DNA from: Penicillus capitatus
Lineage: Eukaryota > Plantae > Chlorophyta
DNA: 64,000 nucleotides
NCBI GenBank assembly: GCA_965649825.1
Contig: OZ287694.1
Location: forward strand, 991,197-1,055,196
Reading direction: 5' to 3'
Both the position numbers and the translations under genes were made by a program. Below are positions 10,446 to 21,539 of this stretch, in pieces (positions within the stretch are counted from its first letter, which is position 1; each line of letters opens with the position of its first letter). Under the pieces are notes generated by a model. That model saw only the letters and a program-made list of their open reading frames with translations. It searched no databases and had not been told where the DNA came from.

Positions 10446-13062
10446 ATGGAGTCGACTGGGGTTATGTGTAGCGCTTATGCGCCAGTTCCGTGCGCGCGAC
10501 AGTACCTCACACTCTCTACCGTTCCTTTGCGTCGAGCGTCGACATCCTACACGCCTTTAAGCTTAGCGTCACGGCGACGCGCATCGACTAAGGGACGGCA
10601 ACCGCTCGCCATCTCTTGTTCTTTGACTGACCTCGGCGTCATCGATAACCTCAAAGAACTGAAATCGACTGTCGTCGACACGTGGAAGGAAGAGTATCAG
10701 AAATCAGCCAAGAACCTTAAAGGAGATCTGTTTGGCGGTTTTACAGCGGCAGTTGTCGCTTTGCCCCTGGCTCTCGCATTTGGCGTTGCTTCGGGTGAAA
10801 CGCACCTGGCGTCGATAAGCAAGGTCCAACGAGGGATGTACGTGCTGTAGGTGCTGGTCCGTTGGCTGGATTGTATGGCGCTACTTTCGCTGGTTTCTTT
10901 GCAGCGTTGTTTGGAGGGACACCTGCACAGGTTACGGGACCGACAGGTCCAATGACTGTCGTTGCAGCTTCTTTGTTCTCCACTTTCTCATCGGATCCTT
11001 CCATCGCCTTTTCTGTTGTTGTCCTCTCCGTAAGATCGTCCAGTGGCTGTCACACATCGGTTACACATATTTCTGTCTAAAGGGCATTCTCCAAATTGTC
11101 ATGGGAGCCATGAAACTGGGTAGATTTATCAGGTAACGTGCGCTCTTCGATATCGATGGCGACATCAGACCTGTCACTGTCAGATTGGTTCCTGCTCCTG
11201 TGATTTCTGGATTTATGTCTGGCATTGGCTGTATCATTCTGTCGACTCAACTTCTTCCTCTTTGTGGAATGCAAGCGGCTCCTAATGCTCTGGTACGCAT
11301 CTATGTTCGATCATGCTTCCGATGATTGACGCATCTGGTGTATGTGTCTCACAGAAAGCCGTTCAGGCTTTGCCATCTCTCATATCGAATATGAATATCC
11401 ACGCATTCTTTATTGGGGCAGTTTCTTTGGCTCTTTGTACTTTTACACCTAAGAAGATAACTCGGATCATACCAGGATCTCTGCTTGCATTAGCTGCAGG
11501 AACGGTTCTTACCATGGCAGCTGGATTCAGTAGGCTTCCCTTATTGATATGGCAATTCTTTTTCATGTATTCTGTTTCTAGACGTGCCACTGCTGGGACA
11601 CATTCCCACTCAGTTGCCGCTTCCATTGGCACTGAAGTTTCCCACAGCCTTGATGCCGTTGATGATGAAATCTGCTTTCATCCTGGCATTGTTGGGGACG
11701 ATTGACAGTCTTTTGACTTCCCTCGTGGCTGACAACCTAACAGAGACATACCATGATTCCGATCAGGAAATGATTGGACAGGGAATTGGAAATGCTCTGG
11801 CTGGATTATTTGGGGGCATTCCAAGCGCGGGTTCGAATCTCCACCTCTCTCTGTCATTATTCATCCATTCAGTGTCACGGCAGGAGCAACAATGCGCACC
11901 GTTGTGAATATTCGCTCGGGTGGACGTACACGTCTGGCGGGAATGGTGCATTCCATGCTTCTCCTGACGATCTTGATGGGAGGAGGTAGCCTGGCTAAGA
12001 ATATCCCGTTGGCAGCCTTGGCCGGTATTCTGATGAAGACTGGATGGGATATTATCGATAAGAGATTCATCGCACGTCTTTCAAAACTCCCTCCGGCCAC
12101 CGGCATTGTCATGGTCGGCCCATTTCTCGTTCTCTCACACGCATCTCACACTTTGATGTATGGCAGTGGACAGTATTGCTGACGACTGTATTTGTGGATT
12201 TGATTGTGGCGGTGGGTGCTGGATGTGTCCTCGCTTCGCTTCTCCTCGTCAACCAAATGTCCAGGACAGAAGTCCATCGATGCACGATCATCACAACAAA
12301 GAAAATCGATGCGGGTCATATTTTTAGCGACCTGTCTCAGTTGGAAAGGTCTCTCATCAAATCAGGTCCGAGCATTCCATTGTCCTTTGACTGTCGTCGT
12401 TCAAGCAGACATGCAGGTGGCGATCAATTGGGTGTGGTCAAAATGTATGGGTCTTTCACTTTCAGTGCGGCCAATGGAATTCTCCGAAAAGTCGTCCCGG
12501 CCATTCAACCACTAAAATCTGTCATTGTGGATCTCAGCAGCGTTTCTCTTATGGATGGAGATGCCGTCTTGGCTATCGAACAACTTGCCCAAAAGTAACC
12601 TCTGTGCTTTCTTTCCATGGATCATATCTGCCTTCTAGAGCGATGTCTGAGAAAAAATGTTTCATGATCTGTGGTGCCTCTGACGAGATTTGTGCACTCA
12701 TGAAAAAGAGCGGACTGACAGCAGAGCTGCCTGTGGAACCTTCTACAGATCGCACACGGTGCTTGTATGAAGCATTGGCCGAAATATGTGATGTCACCCC
12801 GCTGCCATCCGATATCGATCCAAATCTGAATAACGCTGTCAAGCTAAGATCTACTGTCTGGACACCGCCTATGACTCTGCCTGTCGTCTCCGACTCTGAT
12901 GAAGTACCCACCACAGTCTCTCTGGGCCGTGGAATGGATGTTGTGTTTAGGTGGGTGACCAGATCCAACCTTCCGAGTAGATGGCCTTCCAAGTCTATGC
13001 AGCATTCAGATAAGAGCCAAAACCTCAAGAAAGACCTTTCACAACACATTTGTTGCTGGTAA
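10446..13062 (+). CDS. SulP/SLC26 anion transporter of the cyanobacterial BicA-like type, with STAS domain and N-terminal transit-peptide-like extension
   Basis: GDLFGGFTAAVVALPLALAFGVASGAGPLAGLYGATFAGFFAALFGGTPAQVTGPTGPMTVV; ISGFMSGIG; IDSLLTSLVADNLT..HDSDQEMIGQGIGN; GATMRTVVNIRSGGRT; STAS (YGSFTFSAA...VIVDLSSVSLMDGDAVLAIE); many short introns. Confidence 0.92.
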
Positions 13063-15492
13063 TGTGATCATAGCTTTCTGTATTTTTGCGAGCTCGTAAA
13101 AGCTGCCAAACAAAGCTTCTCTTCGAAGGGGTTACTGTCGAGACGGTGGCGTCCGTTACTTATTCAAAAGGAAGCCACATATTGTTATACGGTCTGTCTA
13201 TTGTTTGTCTCAAGTAGATGATATACTCTGACTGAGTACAACAATTACCGGAGAGTTGTCGATTGCTGCTGTTGTTGGACCAAAAGTGTAGCTGTTGTCT
13301 TTTGTGCATGGTGTGAGAGAGACGTGACGGCACCTTCTTTGTGTCATTCATGTTGATTGATGGTTGGTCGTATGATGTGAGTGAATGTGTGAGCATTGTT
13401 GCGTGCGTACGCGCGTTTCGATCGTCGGGCGCAGAGAACGATATGGACTCACTCCTAAAGGCTCCATAGTATTGATAACACACACATTACTCAGTTTAGC
13501 GCCCTCCCATCAGTTATTTACTTTATCATTTGCCTTTGCAAATGGTGCAGATGCACTAAGAAGGGAATGAAAGGCTGCAGGATACAACCTTTGTGTTTCA
13601 GTTATGTGACTTCCTTCGATCAGTGTCTTGTTTCAGATGAACTAGAGCATTATCACTCTTGCAGACAGACTCAGAAAACAGACTTAAAAAATGCAAAACG
13701 CGGATTCAATCTAAGTGATGCCGAGCATCCATTGAGGAGGAACGGGAAGGCCTTCCTTGCATGCAATCTGAATGACTAACAACAAGCGGCGGTCCTTCAA
13801 TGAGTCTACAGAGACAAGTTGAGAGATTTGACTAGATTCATCTGTGGAAACGTCTTGTGAACGTGACAAGAAGAATCTGATTCCAAGAAGAAGAAAAACC
13901 AAACAGTGTTGTAGAGAGCATTATGCACAACAACGTCCATCCACCAGTACTCAAACTGTTCAGTGACGGATTCCATTGAATAACTTCACACATGAACAAA
14001 AAAGAGGATGTACGTACGTACGATATGGAAAGAGAGACAAACAGCCAACATACCTTTCTGCAAAGTCATCCTTGTTAAATAATCACCCGACATTGCTGCT
14101 TTTCTTGAGCAGAGAGCAAAGAGCCAAAACAAAATCTTCTAACAGCAAAACAAACGAATAACCTTGTTCGAAGTTCCAACGTCCCGTTTCCCATGTTTAT
14201 GTTTACTATTTGTTTGTTTTTTCTGTTTTTGTGTGGACGGCTTATCAATTACCCGCGAACTTCGGCAGATTGCGTCGTGATGACAGACAGATCTGCACTC
14301 CATTGAAATAGGAAATGGATGTATTCTTGGACAGTCAAAATGAAAAATGCAGCTGGTGATTAAGAGGCGTCTTCTTGGGAATTAACAACACAGACGGTCA
14401 GTCAATAGACCTATTCTATCACAATTCAATACTGGCTTGATCATTCGTCATAAATGTTGCCATTCTAATCATAACCCAAGGATGACGCTCCATGCACATC
14501 TAGGGAGGGACTTCAGACACAGCCTTCACACCCTAATAAAGGCCAGCGCACTTGGTGTCTTGACAAATTGTTTCGTCGACGAAGCAGTAACAACAACAAA
14601 AAGCTAAGGAAGGACATACACCCACTGATATATGCTGCTGATCATCATCAATGATCCATCCATCCTTGCCACAGTCCCATACATCCATTCCACATTAGGT
14701 TCATGAAATCAGGACAAAGACGAGCAAAGGGTCATCATGTATTCAGACGCGAACGGTGCTGATGGCATCTGAAGAATCATCAAAAAACACAGATCAATCG
14801 GAAGAGTCTTCCTCCCCAAAGAGAACAAACAGTTCCATGATTTCGTGTTCTCATCTTTTTCAGCACACATCTTAGAACTGAAGCCAATATCATTATCATC
14901 ATGATCATCGGTGAAAATGCAATCTGCGTCAAGGAAGACAGGCTCTAACTGACTCAGTGTATACAGTTTATGATCTTTTTCAGCGGCACTGTACAATCAC
15001 TGAGCAAGAGAGATTCCATGGTCATTCATCGTTCTTGCACAAGGGTTTGGCTAAGCAGGGATATGCTTTTGACGAAAACAGTGTTTTCTTATGAACACGC
15101 TCAAACATGAGCGCCCTTCTGCAGCTTATTTACCACAGATTCAGAATTCTTTGAAGCAACCAACACGTCAAGTGTCCAGTACGACCACCATCACAAACAA
15201 GAGCACAAAGAAGGGAGATCATGTACAAGCAGTTCTCTTCAAAAGCTCGAAATACGAGAGCGGGTGGTTTTTAATGCACCAGTAATCCACTAAGAAAGGA
15301 GGAACTACGACAGTAATGATGCCGCTCTCAGAAAGGATTCCCATGTCAAATCCATTGAAGATTGAGTATCTGAGGAGGCGGCCTCTGGGATATCTGAATG
15401 TTTTGGCATTGTTGCACGCATCATCATCATGATTTCAGATACCCAGCAAGCAAGTACAAACAACAAGCGCAAGAGCAATTGCATTCACTGCG

Positions 15493-15559
15493 AACAAACA
15501 GACACACAGACACACAGACAAACTAACGAGAAAACGAACTAACGAACGAACGAACGAAC
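15493..15559. repeat. Compound microsatellite (ACAG/AC and AACG units)
   Basis: aacaaacagacacacagacacacagacaaactaacg...aacgaacgaacgaacgaac. Confidence 0.85.
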
Positions 15560-16039
15560 ACTTCACCCCCCATTGAATGCCGCACAACCGGGGCAAAATC
15601 GAACAACTCTGTCTAGTCATGCGTAACAGATCTCATCCATCGTTTGATTTTTGATGATGAAGACTGGCCGAATGTAACAAACTCACGATAGGGCAGTTCA
15701 TGGATTGCCATCCAAGTTACCATAGGAAAATGAGGACACCCGCCATTGATCCTTGGCCACAAAGAGGCAAAATAAATGTTGCCTTGGAGAAGAGAGGATA
15801 CGTGGTAGTCATCGTCGTCGTAGGTTTGAGACCCAACAGTTTCTACTGAGAAATGCAAAAGGATAGCATGCTCAACCCTTGAGGAGAATGCTTTTATAGA
15901 TCATTTTGGTTTCCGGGCAAAATAATGTACGTGATAGCACTGCACAGAGATGCAGAAACGAGAAAAGGCAACATCGTCATTATCACGTTACCAGCCAGAG
16001 AACAAAAATCATAAAAGAAAAACACGCAGCAGATTTATG

Positions 16040-16079
16040 TGACACGTATGACACCTGTGACACCTGTGACCCAAATGAC
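16040..16079. repeat. Degenerate 9-nt tandem repeat, five TGAC cores
   Basis: TGAC at 16040, 16049, 16058, 16067, 16076. Confidence 0.8.
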
Positions 16080-16266
16080 CAGAGCCTCATTCCGCAAACA
16101 TCTTTCCCCAGTCCCTGAAGTAGAGCGAGAGAGACGGCATTCATGGGCTACTTTGGAATAGCCAATCTAGTTCATGGTTGCTGCTGCAAACGGATGCAAC
16201 AATCCATGTCCAGCAGTCATGTCATTAATCCATTGTGTTTCTCCTAGACAGTCAAGGATACCGCCA

Positions 16267-17643
16267 TCACGACAGATGGTATGTGTGCAAGGAGGCATTA
16301 CCAGTCGACACATCGACAGTGAATGGCCTTCCATTTGGATCCACAAGGAAGAGAACATTGCCGTTGTTGTTTGATCTGGGTGAAAGACGAGAGGAATTGG
16401 GGTTTTCAGCAGAGTCAGAAACGTCACTATAGGAGCTTCCGCCGCTAGAAGCTTTCAGAAATTGAGTCAACTGTTGGAAATTCGACGCCAAGTCACTCTC
16501 TGCTGTGGAAGATATCTGATGGCTATCCGGTTCTGATGGGAAAGCACTGCCAAATCCTGCTGAAGCAGTAAGAGAGCCAGTTGTGTTCGCCCCAGCTGGC
16601 CAACCACAGGACAGTTCTGGAGAAATGGAGCCGGACAGGGGTGAGGATACGCCTCCAGAGTTATGAAGCTCCAATGGAAAGGAAGATGACAGGTTGAGTG
16701 GACTGCTGCCGCTCAGCATTGTCCCGGGCACAGCGGCGTCGGAGAAGGGTAGACCGAGATCGCCGATCGCAGGCAGTCCTGTCGACTTCTGCATGGGAGA
16801 GACGGCGGTATCCTGCATCGCCTGCGACAGACCACCTAAAAGTCACCTCACTCAAGGATGTGCATGAGGACAGATATGCATGCAGACCTGAGTGAAGCAA
16901 ACCAAGAGATGACATCGAAGAGAGATTTGCACAGCCAGTTGCTGCCGTAGACGACATTGCAGTCGTTTGTGGAAATCCACTGGCTCCTAACGACAGTTTA
17001 TCAAGAGTACTGTTGAAACCCTAGAACGCATCCACACCACAACTTCAAATCACATCCTCTCACGTCATCATGATGACGCATTGGTCAACAGTGTTGGATG
17101 GTATTACCATGAGAAGGGGCGACGTCGAGAGAGCTTGGGTTTTGGCTTTGCTTTCCAAATATGAGGGCAGCACATTTTGAAACTGCGACGCGACGAAATT
17201 GGGCGTCGGTTGCGTCATCCCCAGTTTGGCCTGAGCCTCAGCAAACGAGTTCGCGGAATAGACCTGTGGTCCACGCGTTTGCATCAGCCGCCTCGATGAC
17301 AGCCTCGTGTATGTACCTGCTGTGAAGGCGGAATGAGTCCATAGCCGGGTGCGTAGACGGGCTGACAGACGGTCGCATCCCCTTTGGCCTGTTCGTTTGT
17401 AACTTGTCGCAGCATGGCGAAACCTTTAAACGTGCCGTTGACGATGTCCGTCACCATTGAGATGGCCAAACGGACACTCTCTGCCGTTCCAGATATCGTG
17501 ACTTTCATAGGGTCTGTCGATTGGTCGATCTGAATGAGCGCCCCTGAGTAATTCTGAAGGGCGCGGATTGTCTCGCCGTTTTTCCCGATAACACGGCCGA
17601 CCATGCTCTTCGGGCAGCTGACAGTCTGCATTTGTTTCTTCAT
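16267..17643 (-). CDS. KH-domain RNA-binding protein with long Ser/Gly-rich tail (4 exons)
   Basis: VSCPKSMVGRVIGKNGETIRALQNYSGALIQI KH motif with GxxG loop; introns traced near 17320, 17110 and 16870. Confidence 0.85.
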
Positions 17644-18215
17644 AGCCACAGCGGAAAACAGAACGGAACGTTGTTCGTGCGTTGAGAAAGCTCCTTAAGG
17701 ATATGCCGCGCGCAATAAAACCACAGAAATTAAGAGTCGTTGCGATGTTCTACACGAGCGAAAGCCTGAAAACTAATTACGCGGCCACAAATTTGAGTCT
17801 TTGTATCCCGCGAAGTTGGCACGGTTAAGCGACTTCCGCGTACCAATCACCGCTGATGTGACAGGGAGCTCGACCTCTTAGGCCACAAAATTGTCTGACA
17901 AGTGTAGTGCCTTACAAAACCGTTTCATGTCAGTTTCCTCTTTTCTTCACAGCATGGGGCGCAGCAAACAATTTTCGAGACCGTTTTCGTCCACAACAGT
18001 GGCATTTTTGGAGATGCATGCATTGTTCTGCCACATTTTGCCGGAAACCGCGTCGCGGCCTCGCAGCAAACGTTGGAGGGAATCGTCAAGGGACGCTGTT
18101 TAGCGTTCTGTTGGATCAACGGCACCATCCGTCGCCGCGTGGTGGACACAAACAGGTACCGGCATTTCTCAACATATCGGAGCCGCGCCGCGGCTTGGCA
18201 CGACGCAACCGCTTC

Positions 18216-19673
18216 TTACAACGTCATCGACTCGGCGAGTTCTCCCAGAAGTTCTTTCTGGTCCAGCGCAATCATCTCCTGTAGACACTCTTCCAACTCT
18301 CCAGCCAAAAAACGTGTTAGATCATAATTGGATTTCAGCCGATGGTCTGAAACACGACTGTCTTTGAAATTGTATGTGCGAATCTTCTCGGACCGATCGC
18401 CACTGCCGACCTACATGCAACACTCTGTCATCGACAGACAAGCCATGGCTGACAGTATCCCACCCACCTGAGACTTGCGCTTCCTTGTCATCTCTTCACG
18501 TCTCTTGTTCTGTTCGATTTCGAACAGCTTTGCTCGCAAGATTTTGAAAGCACGGTTCTTGTTCTTCAGCTGAGATCGCTCTTCTTGACAGAAAACGCGT
18601 ATTCCGGTCGGCTTGTGCACCAAATCGATGGCCGTTTCCACTTTGTTGACGTTCTGTCCGCCAGCTCCGCTCGCTCGTGCCGTGCGTAATTCGATATCGT
18701 TGGGATCGATCTCCACCTCGACCTCGTCAACTTCCGGCATGACCGCTACCGTTGCTGTGGATGTGTGCACGCGTCCTTGAGATTCCGTTGCCGGAACGCG
18801 CTGGACGCGATGAACACCGCCCTCGTACTTAAGCTTGCTGTACACCATGTTGCCGCGGATCTGTAAAAGACACTCGCGCAGACCGCCGCCCTCAACGGTG
18901 GCAGAGTTCAGCAATTCGTGCTTCCATCCCGCAAGGGTGGCGTATCGCTGATACATCCGCAGCAAATCCGCCGCCCAGAGTGTCGCCTCATCCCCTCCAG
19001 CACCTGCTCGGACCTATGACGTACGGTCTCGGTACATCTACGTGGCGCCAGCACAGCAGATCACCTCCAACACGATGTTGCGTTCGTCCAGGGGATCCTT
19101 TGGCAACAGCATCTGCTTCATCTTCTGTTCGAGTTGTGTCGTCTCCCATCCGAGTGATGTGACCTCTTCCTGAGCGAGTTCTCGGAGATCGGGGTCATCT
19201 GACGATGACATGTACTTCACAGAGCTACCCAGAAGGTGCAACCTGTCCACCTTCTGCGTTTCTGACGAGGTCCTGTGCCTCGACGAGCTGTTCCTTTTTG
19301 TTCTGATACTCCTGATAAACCTGCACGACGTCTTCTAACTCGGCCATCGCCTTCGTCAGCTTGGTATACTCATTCAGATCTCCGGTCACCTCCGGCTCGG
19401 CCAAACGTTTCTGAGAGAACCTCTCTCTGTGTACAGCTGATGCTGTCGCAGTAGACGCGCACCTGCAACTCCTGGTAGGTAAGATGTGCCTGTTCAAGTT
19501 TCTTCACGACATACGGCTCCTAGTGCCAGCAGTACGACGAGCCGTTTGGACGAGGGGACGGCTCCCACCGCAGCTACGCGAACCGAACGCCGTCTTTCGT
19601 TGCAGCGTCCGTTCAGCTTAAGTTCTGCATTCTGTCGGTAGAGACGGGTAGCATGCGAGACGGCACGAATCAT
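18216..19673 (-). CDS. prfA: Organellar (probably plastid, APG3-like) peptide chain release factor 1
   Basis: [22 protein letters not shown] (PAT), [13 protein letters not shown] (GGQ), [21 protein letters not shown]; basic transit-peptide exon [14 protein letters not shown]... spliced to EPYVVKKLE. Confidence 0.93.
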
Positions 19674-19707
19674 CGTTGGGGCGACCTTCCAAGTTACATA
19701 GAGTCCA

Positions 19708-21436
19708 TTATGACTTGAATCTAAAAGACACCGGTTTCCAGTTTCCTGCCCCGTTCGATTTTAGCTCTTCCTCTTCCACAGGTCTCGAATCTGCTTTTCC
19801 TAGATCTGCATCTACCGTCTTGGAACCGCCTGTCAACAGCGCCTCGAGATTTAGTCCCATATCGCTGTGCTGATTCCATTCCTCTGCCATCTTCAATGCC
19901 TCTTCCATCAACCGCTGTCCCCTCTTCTCTGCCCTCTGGTCACTCACCAAAGCCTCAGCAGAAAATCGCCGAAACCAGTGTACGTTGGTGCGTTGCCTCA
20001 GATCGTGCTGATGTTTGAGGGCGGTGAGGGCATTGACAAGAAGGGTTCCCCGTCTGCCACTTGTCTCCACGAGTGACTCACGTTCCAGACGTGCCGCTTC
20101 GACTCGGGCCTTCAGTTCTTCCACTTCCTTCTCTCTCTTCTCCAATCGAGAACGCAGCTCTTCGATTTGACACTGCGATTGCTCATCCTTCTCTCTCAGT
20201 TCCTCCAATTTCTGCACCACCTCACTCAAGGATCGATTGCGTTCTACTGCCACCGTCTTGGCCATCGATCGATTCATCTTGCGAGGCATTCATTACCTGA
20301 ACTCAGTGTTATATCTGAATCATCTGTGCTCCCGTAACTGCGTTTGCGTTCCCTGGATGCTGGATGACGATTTCCTCGAGGAGAAGATGTCCATCTCTCG
20401 CTTCTCTGGTGACTAAACATCCATTGATGCATGTCGGCAGATGATATTCGTGATGCTCGATGCATACTGTGACGAGCGATGTCTGTTGTAGGGACTATTC
20501 GATCTAGATCGACTCCTATCGTGATCGCCCCAACGACCTGGCGAGGTCGATCGACGCGAACGGTGTGCCATTTCCTGGCCAAACCTGCACATATATTCCC
20601 ATCTTACACCGAGGCATGCATTCCATGTCACACAACGACGGCACGATCTCAACAGCATCCTGTTCGCGTCTAGAGACCCGAAATGGATACCGTCGTGAAA
20701 GAAAAAAAGCCAGAAATGATGGGAACGATGGAGAGAAAGAGCTCCGCGAGATTACCTTCGATGCGGCAGCGTTTCTCCTCGCCTCGATGAAGAGGGTGAG
20801 TACGACATGAGACTGCATCGGACGGCGGTTCCTTTCAACACCTGACCATGCCATTCGTCAGTTCTCAGGACTTCTCTCACGCTTCGTGTGCAGCAGTCTT
20901 ACGCGTCCGTGTGCACGGTAGACAGCTCCATCTGCTTCACGAGGATGTCCGAATCTTACATAACCCGTGGGCAGGGATGTCCTTGCTTCACCGTCCAAGA
21001 CAATCTGTACCGCATCTTTATTCCTGGCCACGTGTGGCTTCAACGACCTTCGTTTCGAGGACGTTGCCGTAGGGCTGGAAAAATGCTCGAAGGTCTCTCT
21101 CTGTCGTCTCCGCAGCTAGTCGGCTAACGCAGACCGTTGTCATTGTGTTGTCGTCATCTGAGCCTCTGCGTTCGTAAGACGCTCGACGACTGTGGCGTCG
21201 ACGGCGCTCCTTTCCCTGAAGACAGCAATGATGGCCTCTTAGCTCGGCCTCCAGAGAAGCGCTTGGCGCGACGCAACGTGACTGAAGGAGCGCGAACGTG
21301 AAGAAAACGACCGTGCGTCGCGAGAATCACTGCGTGGCGTTCGTGAAGGAGGCGAGGAACGCAGAGGCGGTTCTTCGCGTGGCATTTCGCCAGATTCCGG
21401 GGAGGAGGAGGACGATGAAGACGACGACGAGGACAT
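19708..21436 (-). CDS. RRM protein with RS-rich regions and C-terminal coiled coil (SR-like)
   Basis: Spliced model MSSSSS...RSFSSRSRSFSH|GKERRRRHS...TTVCVSRLAAETTERDLRAFFQPYGNVLETK|IVLDGEARTSLPTGYVRFGHPREADGAV (RNP2/RNP1); last exon VERNRSLSEVVQKLEELREK... Confidence 0.75.
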
Positions 21437-21539
21437 TTCTGAAGGCCGCGCTCGATAGGACGACCATGCGGCGAACGACGTCTCGACACATCACACCAGA
21501 TGTCGTACCATTCATCCACTGTCACCATCATTGGACACA

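Noticed and set aside
17063-17078. Perfect 16-nt palindrome cgtcatcatgatgacg in a KH intron, and an 8-bp hairpin at ~54926
   Set aside because: Isolated short palindromes with no recurrence or context support
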